NCBI GenBank assembly: GCA_045577985.1
Contig: JAZNJJ010000023.1
Location: 1,986-65,985, forward strand
Reading direction: 5' to 3'
DNA length: 64,000 nt
Source: Alphaproteobacteria bacterium
GTDB lineage: Bacteria; Pseudomonadota; Alphaproteobacteria; RF32; CAG-239
In this document: positions 51,917-60,484 of the stretch, in pieces
How positions within the stretch are numbered: position 1 is the stretch's first letter
Layout of the letters: each line of letters opens with the position of its first letter
Translations under genes and position numbers: made by a program
Notes under the pieces: model-generated
Databases searched by the model: none
Told to the model about the DNA's origin: nothing
What the model saw: the letters and a program-made list of their open reading frames with translations, nothing else

Positions 51917-52642
51917 TTATATACCTTTTTTCGTTATAGTTTTTCTTCTAACTACTACAAACTGGATTGTACTATATAAAAATATCCGAATGTAGTCAAG
52001 AAATCCTATTTTCAGTTGTTCATTATTTTTAAATCTATTGAACAAAATTCGTCCCTTATTTATTGCAATCGCTAAATTGAATTTTAATTTCTTTGAATGA
52101 ACTATAGATAGAATAACATATGCACTTTTTAGCAATCCGCTCAATTTACTCTCCTTTTGGCGACGCGATATTTTTACTTTTCTCAAAAAAGGAGACTTTT
52201 GTTCAAATAGTTGTAAATATGAAAAAAACATCAATAAAGAACTCATTGGCAGATATGTACTTGGATTTTCGTCATTCAACACCATCAACATTCGAGCTAA
52301 TGGAGAAATAGAATAACTAATAACATCAGATACTTGATTTTCAGTTGTAGGAATTTTGTTTGATGCTAAATAGCGCCAAGCTAACAATACATCCGATAAT
52401 AAACAAAGAGAAATATTTTCTTTAATAAACATTTTTTGCAATTTATGAATTATACTTTGGGAATGAGGATAATCCTTATAAATTGCTTTTTCTAACAGAT
52501 TTATTTTTTCTGCTTTTATTAATGGGGAATATTTTTCAGATGAATAGTGTTTCCAGCCTAAATCCAGATATTGGCAATATAAACGGAGAAAATCTGCATC
52601 TTTTGAAGCGACCAATGGTAAAATATCAGATATTTCTATCAT
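51917..52642 (-). CDS. Divergent squalene/phytoene synthase-like protein (tentative)
   Basis: It abuts the previous gene. There is weak family resemblance (..LLAWRYL.., ..VISYSISPLARMLMVL..) and no Asp-rich motifs. Confidence 0.45.
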   Translation of the reverse strand: MIEISDILPLVASKDADFLRLYCQYLDLGWKHYSSEKYSPLIKAEKINLLEKAIYKDYPHSQSIIHKLQKMFIKENISLCLLSDVLLAWRYLASNKIPTTENQVSDVISYSISPLARMLMVLNDENPSTYLPMSSLLMFFSYLQLFEQKSPFLRKVKISRRQKESKLSGLLKSAYVILSIVHSKKLKFNLAIAINKGRILFNRFKNNEQLKIGFLDYIRIFLYSTIQFVVVRRKTITKKGI

Positions 52643-53981
52643 TTACATTCTCCAACCATGCATCAAAATCTATCAATGCTCTATGGCAATAAGCCTCTTT
52701 TCGGTCTGCTCCTTTTATTTTCTTAAATTTACCATTGGCGGTTATTTCTCCTTGAATTGTCGGAAAAATACCAAAATTTATATTCATAGGTTTATAATCA
52801 CCTGTGGTATCTTGCAGATGCGATAACATTGCTCCGGTAGCTGTTGTCTGTGGCGGGATTATTGGTTGTTTATTGTTAATAAAGCAAGAAGCATAATATC
52901 CAGCAAGCATTCCAACATTAGCACTTTCAACATACCCTTCACAACCACTAATCTGCCCTGCAAACATTATATTCGGTTGAATCTTTAAGCGTAAAAATTC
53001 ATCCAACAAAATAGGACTCTGAATAAACGTATTTTTATGTATTCCTCCTAAACGGGCAAATTCTGCTTTTTCTAATCCAGGAATAAGGCGAAAAATACGT
53101 TCTTGCTCGCCATATTTCAATTTTGTTTGAAAACCGACAATATTACGTAAAGTATCTTCTTTATTATCTTGTCTTAATTGTACAACTGCGTATGGTTTTT
53201 CCGAACTATTCGGATTGGTTAAACCGACTGGTTTCATGGGACCAAACAAGAGAGTATCCCGACCTCTTTCTGCCATAACTTCTATTGGCAGACATCCGTC
53301 AAAATAATTAAACTCTTCAAAATCATGAAAAGGCATTTTTTCAGCGTTGAGAAGCTCTTCCACAAAATGATAATATTGTTCCTTAGTCAAAGGGCAATTA
53401 ATATAATCAAATTTATCTCCCTTATCATATCTTGATTGATACCAAGCCTTAGTAAAATCTATACTTTCTTTATATACAACCGGAGCTATTGCATCATAAA
53501 AAGATAGAGATTTATTATCTACTTTATTTAAAATTGCTTCAATAAAAGCAGGGCTTGTTAATGGTCCTGTTGCAATAATGGTCAATGGTGCATCTTTTGA
53601 CGGAAAATCAGTAACTTCTTGCTCGATAATTTCGACCATTTTTGTTTGTAACAGTTTAGATGTTACCATTTCCGAAAAACCATCTCTATCTACCGCCAAA
53701 GCTCCACCGGCAGGAACTTTTGTTTTATCAGCACATTGCATGATTAAAGAATTAAACCGACGCATTTCTTCGTGCATCAAACCAACTGCATTATGTTCAA
53801 AATCATCTGAACGAAAAGAATTGGAACAAACAAGTTCCGCAAAATTTTTATTTTTATGGGCAGGAGAATATTTAGATGGTTTCATTTCAAAAAGTTTTAC
53901 TTTTATACCTCTTCTTGCTAATTGCCATGCTGCCTCGCATCCAGCAAGACCTGCTCCTATAATGTGAACTGTATTATTCAT
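52626..53981 (-). CDS. trmFO: Methylenetetrahydrofolate--tRNA-(uracil-5)-methyltransferase TrmFO
   Basis: MNNTVHIIGAGLAGCEAAWQLARRGIKVKLFEMKP.. with full-length similarity. I moved the start to the ATG at 53981, which follows GGAGGA. Confidence 0.93.
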   Translation of the reverse strand: MNNTVHIIGAGLAGCEAAWQLARRGIKVKLFEMKPSKYSPAHKNKNFAELVCSNSFRSDDFEHNAVGLMHEEMRRFNSLIMQCADKTKVPAGGALAVDRDGFSEMVTSKLLQTKMVEIIEQEVTDFPSKDAPLTIIATGPLTSPAFIEAILNKVDNKSLSFYDAIAPVVYKESIDFTKAWYQSRYDKGDKFDYINCPLTKEQYYHFVEELLNAEKMPFHDFEEFNYFDGCLPIEVMAERGRDTLLFGPMKPVGLTNPNSSEKPYAVVQLRQDNKEDTLRNIVGFQTKLKYGEQERIFRLIPGLEKAEFARLGGIHKNTFIQSPILLDEFLRLKIQPNIMFAGQISGCEGYVESANVGMLAGYYASCFINNKQPIIPPQTTATGAMLSHLQDTTGDYKPMNINFGIFPTIQGEITANGKFKKIKGADRKEAYCHRALIDFDAWLENVNDRNI

Positions 53982-54099
53982 CTTTTCCTCCATTTGATGC
54001 ATAATCTAGCTTTTTTTTAATTTATTGTAAACAATAAAACTTTTACTTATTAAATCTTTTTTAAAGAGAATCTATTATTATTGTCATAATTGGTATTTT

Positions 54100-55029
54100 A
54101 TGGATAAGAAAATGAAATTAAACTTTAAAAATGTGCTTTTTAATCTGACAATTGCGATATGTATTTTGGGGCAAGCTAGTTTAGTAAAAGCTGAAGAAGG
54201 ATTTGATTTGAATAGTTTAACTGATGAATCAAAACCCGCAAAAGAGAACATTTCCAAAAAAGAGATTCCTATTAATTTAGATACACAAAATACCTCTTTT
54301 ACCGAATTTGCACAACAAAATGAGCAAAATGTTGAGGGAAATGAAAAAATGAGTTCATGGCTAGGAGGACTAACGGAAAATGTATCTCAAGCAATCACAA
54401 CTCAAAACAAACCGGAAGTACTTAAGCGTTCAAATGCTTCTGTTTTTGATATTTCCGGAATCATGCTGAGAATGACCTCAAAACAAGCCGAAGAAGCCAT
54501 GAAAAGAAGAGGTTATCAGAAAACATCTGAAAAATTAGATATCCCTAATTTCATTAGATGGAGATTTGAGGAAAGCTGTAGAAATCAAGGTGTTATAGGA
54601 TTTGAACGAATTGGCAGTTGTGTTGTACAAATGGCGAAAAAGAATAATTATCAGTATGTACAGCAAATGAGTTTCAATAATTTCAGAACAAAAGAAACTG
54701 TAGACGTTTTTCTAACCAGCAATTTTACAGGTAATAAAGTTTATAGAATTATGTATCAAACAGAGGCCGCAAACATTAAAGGTAGTGGTGCTAAAGCTGA
54801 TTATTTGCGAAATATTAAAATTTATGATTTTTGGAAAAAAATTAATCAAAAATATGGTGAGCCGGATAATAAAGAGCAGGTTACATGGGGGTTGGGTGAA
54901 AATAAGCCAATGATGCAGGCATCAACAGGAAAATTAACTTTAGCTGATCCGATGTTGTTAGAGCTTGATTATACAAGAATGTCTCGTGAAGACCAAAAAT
55001 TTATGAATACTGCCGTATATACATTTTAG
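54100..55029 (+). CDS. Hypothetical exported protein of 309 aa
   Basis: It has a signal peptide (..ICILGQASLVKA|EE). No family is recognised. Confidence 0.55.
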   Translation: MDKKMKLNFKNVLFNLTIAICILGQASLVKAEEGFDLNSLTDESKPAKENISKKEIPINLDTQNTSFTEFAQQNEQNVEGNEKMSSWLGGLTENVSQAITTQNKPEVLKRSNASVFDISGIMLRMTSKQAEEAMKRRGYQKTSEKLDIPNFIRWRFEESCRNQGVIGFERIGSCVVQMAKKNNYQYVQQMSFNNFRTKETVDVFLTSNFTGNKVYRIMYQTEAANIKGSGAKADYLRNIKIYDFWKKINQKYGEPDNKEQVTWGLGENKPMMQASTGKLTLADPMLLELDYTRMSREDQKFMNTAVYTF

Positions 55030-55038
55030 GAGTTTATA

Positions 55039-55647
55039 ATGAGTTATGGAACAACTGAACTAACCGAGTTAGTATGCACTAGAATAAGCCATGATTTAAT
55101 TGGAAATATAGGGGCTATTTCTAGCGCACTAGAACTAATTGAAGAAAATGATAATATTTTAGATGATGATACAAAAGCCATATTAAATACTGGAGCAAAC
55201 ACCTTAAGAGCAAGACAAAAATTTTTTAGATTGGCTTTCGGTATTGATTCAAAAAAATGTGACATGACGGAATTATTAAGCGTTTGTGAGGACTATTTAA
55301 CAACGATTGGAAATAGAAATAATCCTATAAAATTGAATTTATCTCAAGTATCTTCTGAAATTGCAAAATTTGTTTGTTTGGGAATAATGTGTGCTGCAGA
55401 AGTATTTATTAAAAGCGGAGAAATATCTGTAGCAATGAATAAAAATAATATGATTATTAAGGCTGTTTCTGACTATAAATTTTCAGCGAATAAAATAGCA
55501 ATTTATAATGATATTATTAATGGTGAAAAACCTAGCGAAAATGCCTCTCAATATGTGCAATTAATTTACTTAAAAGAATTACTTGGAGCAGATGTTCCAT
55601 TGTCATTGCAAACTACTGAAAATGAATTTTTACTAATAGTCGGATAA
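55039..55647 (+). CDS. chpT: Histidine phosphotransferase ChpT
   Basis: LVCTRISHDLIGNIGAISSALELIEE and FFRLAFG match the ChpT HPt/DHp-like region (compare Caulobacter LAARLCHDFISPASAI..FTRVAFG). The length is about 200 aa. Confidence 0.85.
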   Translation: MSYGTTELTELVCTRISHDLIGNIGAISSALELIEENDNILDDDTKAILNTGANTLRARQKFFRLAFGIDSKKCDMTELLSVCEDYLTTIGNRNNPIKLNLSQVSSEIAKFVCLGIMCAAEVFIKSGEISVAMNKNNMIIKAVSDYKFSANKIAIYNDIINGEKPSENASQYVQLIYLKELLGADVPLSLQTTENEFLLIVG

Positions 55648-55662
55648 ATCAACTACAAACTT

Positions 55663-55690
55663 AAAACTCTGTAAAATACAGAGTTTTTTT
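55663..55690 (+). terminator. Terminator after chpT
   Basis: aaaactctgta-aaa-tacagagtttt followed by a T run. Confidence 0.8.
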
Positions 55691-55704
55691 TATAGAAATT
55701 AAAA

Positions 55705-55738
55705 ATGTCCGAAAAAAGGGATCCTTTTTTTCGGACAT
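55705..55738. repeat. 34-nt palindrome A2, atgtccgaaaaaagggatcctttttttcggacat
   Basis: It is identical to A1 except for the central base (T to A) and is followed by a T run. Confidence 0.9.
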
Positions 55739-55810
55739 TTTTTATGTAAAAATCAAATTCAAATTCATAATAAAATCAACAATTTAAATTTCAAGTGAAA
55801 AATGAATTTT

Positions 55811-55843
55811 ATGTCCGAAAAAAAGGATCCCTTTTTTCGGACA
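55811..55843. repeat. Palindrome B2, the exact reverse complement of A2
   Basis: atgtccgaaaaaaaggatcccttttttcggaca. It is identical to B1 except for the complementary central base (A to T). Confidence 0.9.
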
Positions 55844-55861
55844 AAGATAGAGGAGTTTAAT

Positions 55862-56485
55862 ATGAATAAAATGTGTAGAACCACAAACCAAACTGGTCGT
55901 TCAATGATTGAAATGCTTGGAGTTTTGGCGATTATAGGCGTGTTATCTGTGGGTGGTATTGCTGGCTATTCCAAAGCAATGATGAAATTTAAAATAAATA
56001 AAACAATCGACCAAATTTCACAAATGGCTCAAAATACTCGGACGTTATACGCTAGACAAAGAAATTATGGTAATTTAAGTTCCAGAATTTTATATAAAGC
56101 TAATTTAGCTCCTCGAGAAATGTTTGAAGGAGGCTCTGGAGATTATAGCATGACTAATGCTTTTGGTGGATCCGTTGATATTGGAACGCGTGGCAAAAAT
56201 GTTGATGGCGATAATAAAGCATTTTTTATTCATTTCAATGGCTTGCCAGAAGAAGCGTGTATAGAATTAATGACACAAGACTGGGGAAGTGATACAGGTT
56301 CCGGATTAATTGCTGTTGGTACTTTTAATGTTTCATTTTATTATGTTGGATGCTCCGGAGATGCTGATAGGGGTATAGCTTGTCCAGGGGGAGCAGAAGT
56401 ATCGGTACCAATGCCTGTTGATGTGGCGGTTGATACTTGTAATTGCAGTGAAACAGGATGCACTTTTGAACTTAAGTATTATTAA
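55862..56485 (+). CDS. Type IV pilin-like protein, paralogue 2
   Basis: MNKMCRTTNQTG|RSMIEMLGVLAIIGVLSVGGIAGYSKAMMKFKINK.. I moved the start from 55802, because the track ORF reads through palindrome B2, to the ATG at 55862, which follows GAGGAG. The C-terminus is Cys-rich, as in paralogue 1. Confidence 0.7.
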   Translation: MNKMCRTTNQTGRSMIEMLGVLAIIGVLSVGGIAGYSKAMMKFKINKTIDQISQMAQNTRTLYARQRNYGNLSSRILYKANLAPREMFEGGSGDYSMTNAFGGSVDIGTRGKNVDGDNKAFFIHFNGLPEEACIELMTQDWGSDTGSGLIAVGTFNVSFYYVGCSGDADRGIACPGGAEVSVPMPVDVAVDTCNCSETGCTFELKYY

Positions 56486-56511
56486 AAAAAGAGGCTTTAT
56501 GCCTCTTTTTT
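56484..56511. terminator. Terminator shared by the pilin-like gene and the convergent antiporter gene
   Basis: aaaagaggc-tttat-gcctctttt with flanking A and T runs. Confidence 0.7.
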
Positions 56512-58452
56512 CGTTTCCGTACTTTTTCCTGCTTCTTCTTTTGTGATTTTATCTTCTTTTTCTTCCTTATGCTCTTTATTTTTATTAGCATTCAAATTTT
56601 CTAAAAACTGTTTTTCCATTTTCATATATTGTTCAAACAGCCAACGAGATTGTGATAGTAGCACAACAGAAATGATTACTAAGCTAAATATTACTCGAGG
56701 ATTTTCCGTTAAAAATTGATGTACCACCGTCATAATGAAAAAACAAACAATCAACATTCTGAAACTGGTTAAAAATAATAATGGTAAGCGATTGGATTTT
56801 TTGGCTTTCCATAATTTATGATAAACTGATGCAACAATATTATTCGAGATAAACAAATTACATAAATTCTCAGAGTTTTCTGATACATTAAGAGCCTCAT
56901 CAACTTTCTTTAAGGCTTTATTATTTTGCAAATATTTCTGAAAAGGACCTTTTATACAATTTATTAAAATAGCCCCCTTCTCTCTCATAGCTCCGGGAAT
57001 TATCGTCTCCCAACCTATTAATGCTTTTAAAAACGGAGCCATCAGAGCTAAAGTTATAATTGTTACGGTTAATCTTGCTAACTGATTTGGTAGATGCTCA
57101 TGAATAAATGGACGAATGAAATAATTTGATAAACCAATAACTGCATAATTTATCATTGCAAATAAGACTAATCGAGATAAATAATTTCGGAATAATAAAT
57201 TCCACAACTGCACCTCTTTTTTAGCCTCAGGTGTACCAGAAGAGTTCTCATCCAAATATTTTTGCCATTTTTCAGGCATTGCTTTTTTTATTCTTTTAAA
57301 TATAGGTAAGGCTGATTTTATCATCATTGGAGTTAAAAAAGTTGTTATGGCTGATACGGCTACAATAATCGGATAAACTCTATCGCTCAAAACACCTATA
57401 CTCATTCCCAAACTAGCAATAATAAATGCAAACTCTCCAACTTGTGCTAAAGAAAAACCACCCTGTACAGCACTTTTTACAGGTTCTCCGGAAACAATAA
57501 ATCCAAAGCAGGAAAATGATATTTTTCCGAGAATAACTATAATTGTTATTACAAAAATCGGCATAGCATATTCAACAAACATCAGCGGATTAACAAGCAT
57601 ACCAACAGATACGAAAAATACTGCCCCAAAGAAATCCTTTAGTGGTTTTATAATATGCTCTATTCTTTCAATAATAGGTGTTTCAGCCAAAATTGAGCCC
57701 ATCAAAAATGAACCTAAAGCTATTGAAAAACCAGAATAGGAGGCTAACCATACCATGCCGAAGCACATTCCTATGGTTACAAGCAAAAGCAATTCATCAT
57801 TCAAATAATTATTTATTTTGCGTAAAAATGTAGGAACTAAATAAATTCCCGTTATAAAACACATTACTAAAAATAAAATAAGTTTAAATGTACTGAAAAT
57901 GAGTTCACGACCATCAAAATTTGCTCCCAATGCAATGGTTGGAAGTAAGACAAGTAATAAAATACCAACTAAATCTTCAACAATTAAAACTCCAAAAACT
58001 AAATCTGTAAACTTTTGACGTCTTATGTTTAAGTCATCAAAAGCCTTTATTATAATAGTAGTTGAAGACATAGATATCATACTACCTAGAAAGAAGCTAT
58101 CCATAGTTGTCCAACCTAATAATAAACCGGTATTATATCCCAAAAATAACATGAATAAAATATTTGCGTTGGCTGTTATCATCGCAGCTTTACCAACATT
58201 AACCATTTTTTTGAAACTAAATTCCAATCCTAAGCCAAATAGCAAGAAGATTACACCGACATCAGCCCATAATGTTAAATTTGCTTTATCAGATATCGTA
58301 GGAAATAAATTAAAATACGGACCAGCAAATATTCCCGCAAGCAAATACCCTAAAATCGTCGGTTGTTTTAATTTTTTGCACAATAAAGTCGTCAATGCGG
58401 CATAAATTGAAATTAATGCCAAATCAATAATTATTGTATGTATAGAGTGCAT
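56497..58452 (-). CDS. Cation:proton antiporter (CPA2/Kef-type) with a C-terminal membrane extension
   Basis: LKQPTILGYLLAGIFAGP.. and 12 or more TM segments typical of Na_H_Exchanger. I moved the start to the ATG at 58452, which follows AAGGAGA. Confidence 0.85.
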   Translation of the reverse strand: MHSIHTIIIDLALISIYAALTTLLCKKLKQPTILGYLLAGIFAGPYFNLFPTISDKANLTLWADVGVIFLLFGLGLEFSFKKMVNVGKAAMITANANILFMLFLGYNTGLLLGWTTMDSFFLGSMISMSSTTIIIKAFDDLNIRRQKFTDLVFGVLIVEDLVGILLLVLLPTIALGANFDGRELIFSTFKLILFLVMCFITGIYLVPTFLRKINNYLNDELLLLVTIGMCFGMVWLASYSGFSIALGSFLMGSILAETPIIERIEHIIKPLKDFFGAVFFVSVGMLVNPLMFVEYAMPIFVITIIVILGKISFSCFGFIVSGEPVKSAVQGGFSLAQVGEFAFIIASLGMSIGVLSDRVYPIIVAVSAITTFLTPMMIKSALPIFKRIKKAMPEKWQKYLDENSSGTPEAKKEVQLWNLLFRNYLSRLVLFAMINYAVIGLSNYFIRPFIHEHLPNQLARLTVTIITLALMAPFLKALIGWETIIPGAMREKGAILINCIKGPFQKYLQNNKALKKVDEALNVSENSENLCNLFISNNIVASVYHKLWKAKKSNRLPLLFLTSFRMLIVCFFIMTVVHQFLTENPRVIFSLVIISVVLLSQSRWLFEQYMKMEKQFLENLNANKNKEHKEEKEDKITKEEAGKSTETKKEA

Positions 58453-58588
58453 AACATCTCCTTTGCTTAGAAAATAATCCATTTTGAATATTAATGTGAA
58501 AGTATTAATTTATTGATAAAAATATTTGAATTTTTATTTTTTATATCGTTATATATAATTTATTGAAGACATAATAAAAGGTAGTAAT

Positions 58589-59113
58589 ATGAGTATACAA
58601 GATATTAAAAATTCTATTAGAGATGTACCTGATTTTCCCAAAAAAGGAATATTATTTAAGGATATTACAACAGCATTAAAGAAACCGATTATTTTACGAG
58701 AAATTATAAATAGTTTAGCAGAAAAGTTAAAAGATAAAAAAATAGATTATATTGTAGGAATTGAATCTAGAGGGTTTATCTTTGGCTCACCTTTGGCTTA
58801 TTTATTAAACTGCGGATTTGTGCCCATTAGAAAATCAGGAAAACTTCCGTCTCAGGTTATTACTCAAGAATATGGTTTAGAGTATGGTACTGACATAATT
58901 GAAATACATCAAGATGCTTTTGAAAAAGATGCAAATGTCCTAATTATTGATGATTTATTAGCAACAGGAGGTACTGCTGTCGCAAGTGCAGAATTAGTGA
59001 AAAAAGCTGGCGCAAATCTGCTTGGTTTTGCTTTTGTTATAGAATTAACAGACTTAAATGGACGAGAAAAACTGGAACAATTTGGAGACACTTTCTCTTT
59101 GATTAAATATTAA
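58589..59113 (+). CDS. apt: Adenine phosphoribosyltransferase
   Basis: DFPKKGILFKDIT.. and VLIIDDLLATGGTA (the PRPP motif). Confidence 0.95.
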   Translation: MSIQDIKNSIRDVPDFPKKGILFKDITTALKKPIILREIINSLAEKLKDKKIDYIVGIESRGFIFGSPLAYLLNCGFVPIRKSGKLPSQVITQEYGLEYGTDIIEIHQDAFEKDANVLIIDDLLATGGTAVASAELVKKAGANLLGFAFVIELTDLNGREKLEQFGDTFSLIKY

Positions 59114-60484
59114 TTATTTGATAGATGTCCGTTCTTTCATATCTATTTTAATTCGTTCTTCCAAATCAGATATTTTTAAATATAATGACTGATTATTTAT
59201 GCTCTTTTTTGCATTTTCGAGATGCTTCAAAGCCCCTTGTAAATTACCTATTGCGTAATTAAACTCTGCCGCTGCATACAATGAAGCATTATGATTTCCT
59301 ATTTTATTATATGCTTGAGATAATAATTGCCATCCCATAGGGGTTTTAAAATTTATTAAAGATTGTTGTAATAAATTGATAGCCTCTTGCAATTCTTTGT
59401 TTTTAGATGAACTCTCAATAATTGCTTGTGATAAACTTATCTGTATGAGTGGATTTTTAGGAAGAATCTCTAGAGCCTTTTTATAAGCTAAAATACTTTC
59501 CTTAAACCGTCCACTCTCAAACAAAAACTGACCTTTCAATTCTCTAAAATAAGGATTAGTGGGTTGTTGTTCAATTAACCCATCTAAAATATTAAAAGAT
59601 TTAGAAAGATCTCCCTCTAAAAAGTATAATATACTATGTGCATATTGGCTTGACGGACTTATTTCGCTTTTGGGATATTCACGCCACACCTTATCTTTGT
59701 TATTTAAAAATGCAGATAACTTTGCCTTAACTAAACTATGTTTTGTATCTAAAATACTTTTTGAGCTATAATTATTTGTTTTACTCGCCTCAATGAAATG
59801 ATTTAAACGTTCACTCGTCATAGGATGAGTTCTAAAATAAATATTTTCTTCAATTCCACTCAACGCATTTCTTTTTCGTATTTTATTCATAAAACGACGC
59901 AAACCGTTTGTAGATTGCTTTGTTTTGCTTAATAATTTTATTGCACTTTCATCTGCACTACGCTCTTCTTGTATTTGATAATTTAACATACTATTTAACG
60001 CTGAACTATGTGAACCTAAAATAACAGCCATTGCTGCATCACCTCGTCCTGTTGATGCGGCAGCAACTCCGGCTGCAATTAATGAACCGAGCATAACATA
60101 GTGCATATTTTCCATTTTTAATTTTTGACGAACGATATGGCCACCCAAGATGTGTCCTGTTTCGTGAGCTAAAATCCCGGCTAACTCATTAGTATCATCA
60201 GAATTTATAATTGTTCCCGTGTTAACAAATAAATAATTTCCATCACTAACAAAAGCATTTAATGAATTATCATTAACAATGAATATTTTATTTTTATCAA
60301 AATTTATATTTGCAGCCTTAAATAACGGTTTTACGATTTCAGCTATATAATTTTGCGTTTCAGCATCAGAGATGAGAGAAATTCCATTACTTCTTGCCGT
60401 AGATATAGGATATACGGCAAGAGTAATGCTATAAATAACAGTTAGAAAATACGCTCGGATTAACCGATTAATTTTTTCCACCAT
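59114..60484 (-). CDS. M48-family metalloprotease with C-terminal TPR repeats (BepA-like)
   Basis: HETGHILGGH (HExxH), a signal or anchor at the N-terminus, and a TPR-like helical C-terminal half. Confidence 0.85.
   Translation of the reverse strand: MVEKINRLIRAYFLTVIYSITLAVYPISTARSNGISLISDAETQNYIAEIVKPLFKAANINFDKNKIFIVNDNSLNAFVSDGNYLFVNTGTIINSDDTNELAGILAHETGHILGGHIVRQKLKMENMHYVMLGSLIAAGVAAASTGRGDAAMAVILGSHSSALNSMLNYQIQEERSADESAIKLLSKTKQSTNGLRRFMNKIRKRNALSGIEENIYFRTHPMTSERLNHFIEASKTNNYSSKSILDTKHSLVKAKLSAFLNNKDKVWREYPKSEISPSSQYAHSILYFLEGDLSKSFNILDGLIEQQPTNPYFRELKGQFLFESGRFKESILAYKKALEILPKNPLIQISLSQAIIESSSKNKELQEAINLLQQSLINFKTPMGWQLLSQAYNKIGNHNASLYAAAEFNYAIGNLQGALKHLENAKKSINNQSLYLKISDLEERIKIDMKERTSIK

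Noticed and set aside
55802-55861. The N-terminal extension of pilin-like paralogue 2 in the ORF track (MNFMSEKKDPFFRTKIEEFN..). More generally, every copy of the palindrome starts with ATG and could encode MSEK(K/R)xPFFRT.
   Set aside because: The extension is simply palindrome B2 read in frame. Paralogue 1 has no equivalent extension, and there the same palindrome frame terminates after 15 codons. A good SD (GAGGAG) precedes the ATG at 55862. The apparent conserved peptide is a by-product of palindrome conservation, because ATG...CAT is part of the symmetry.
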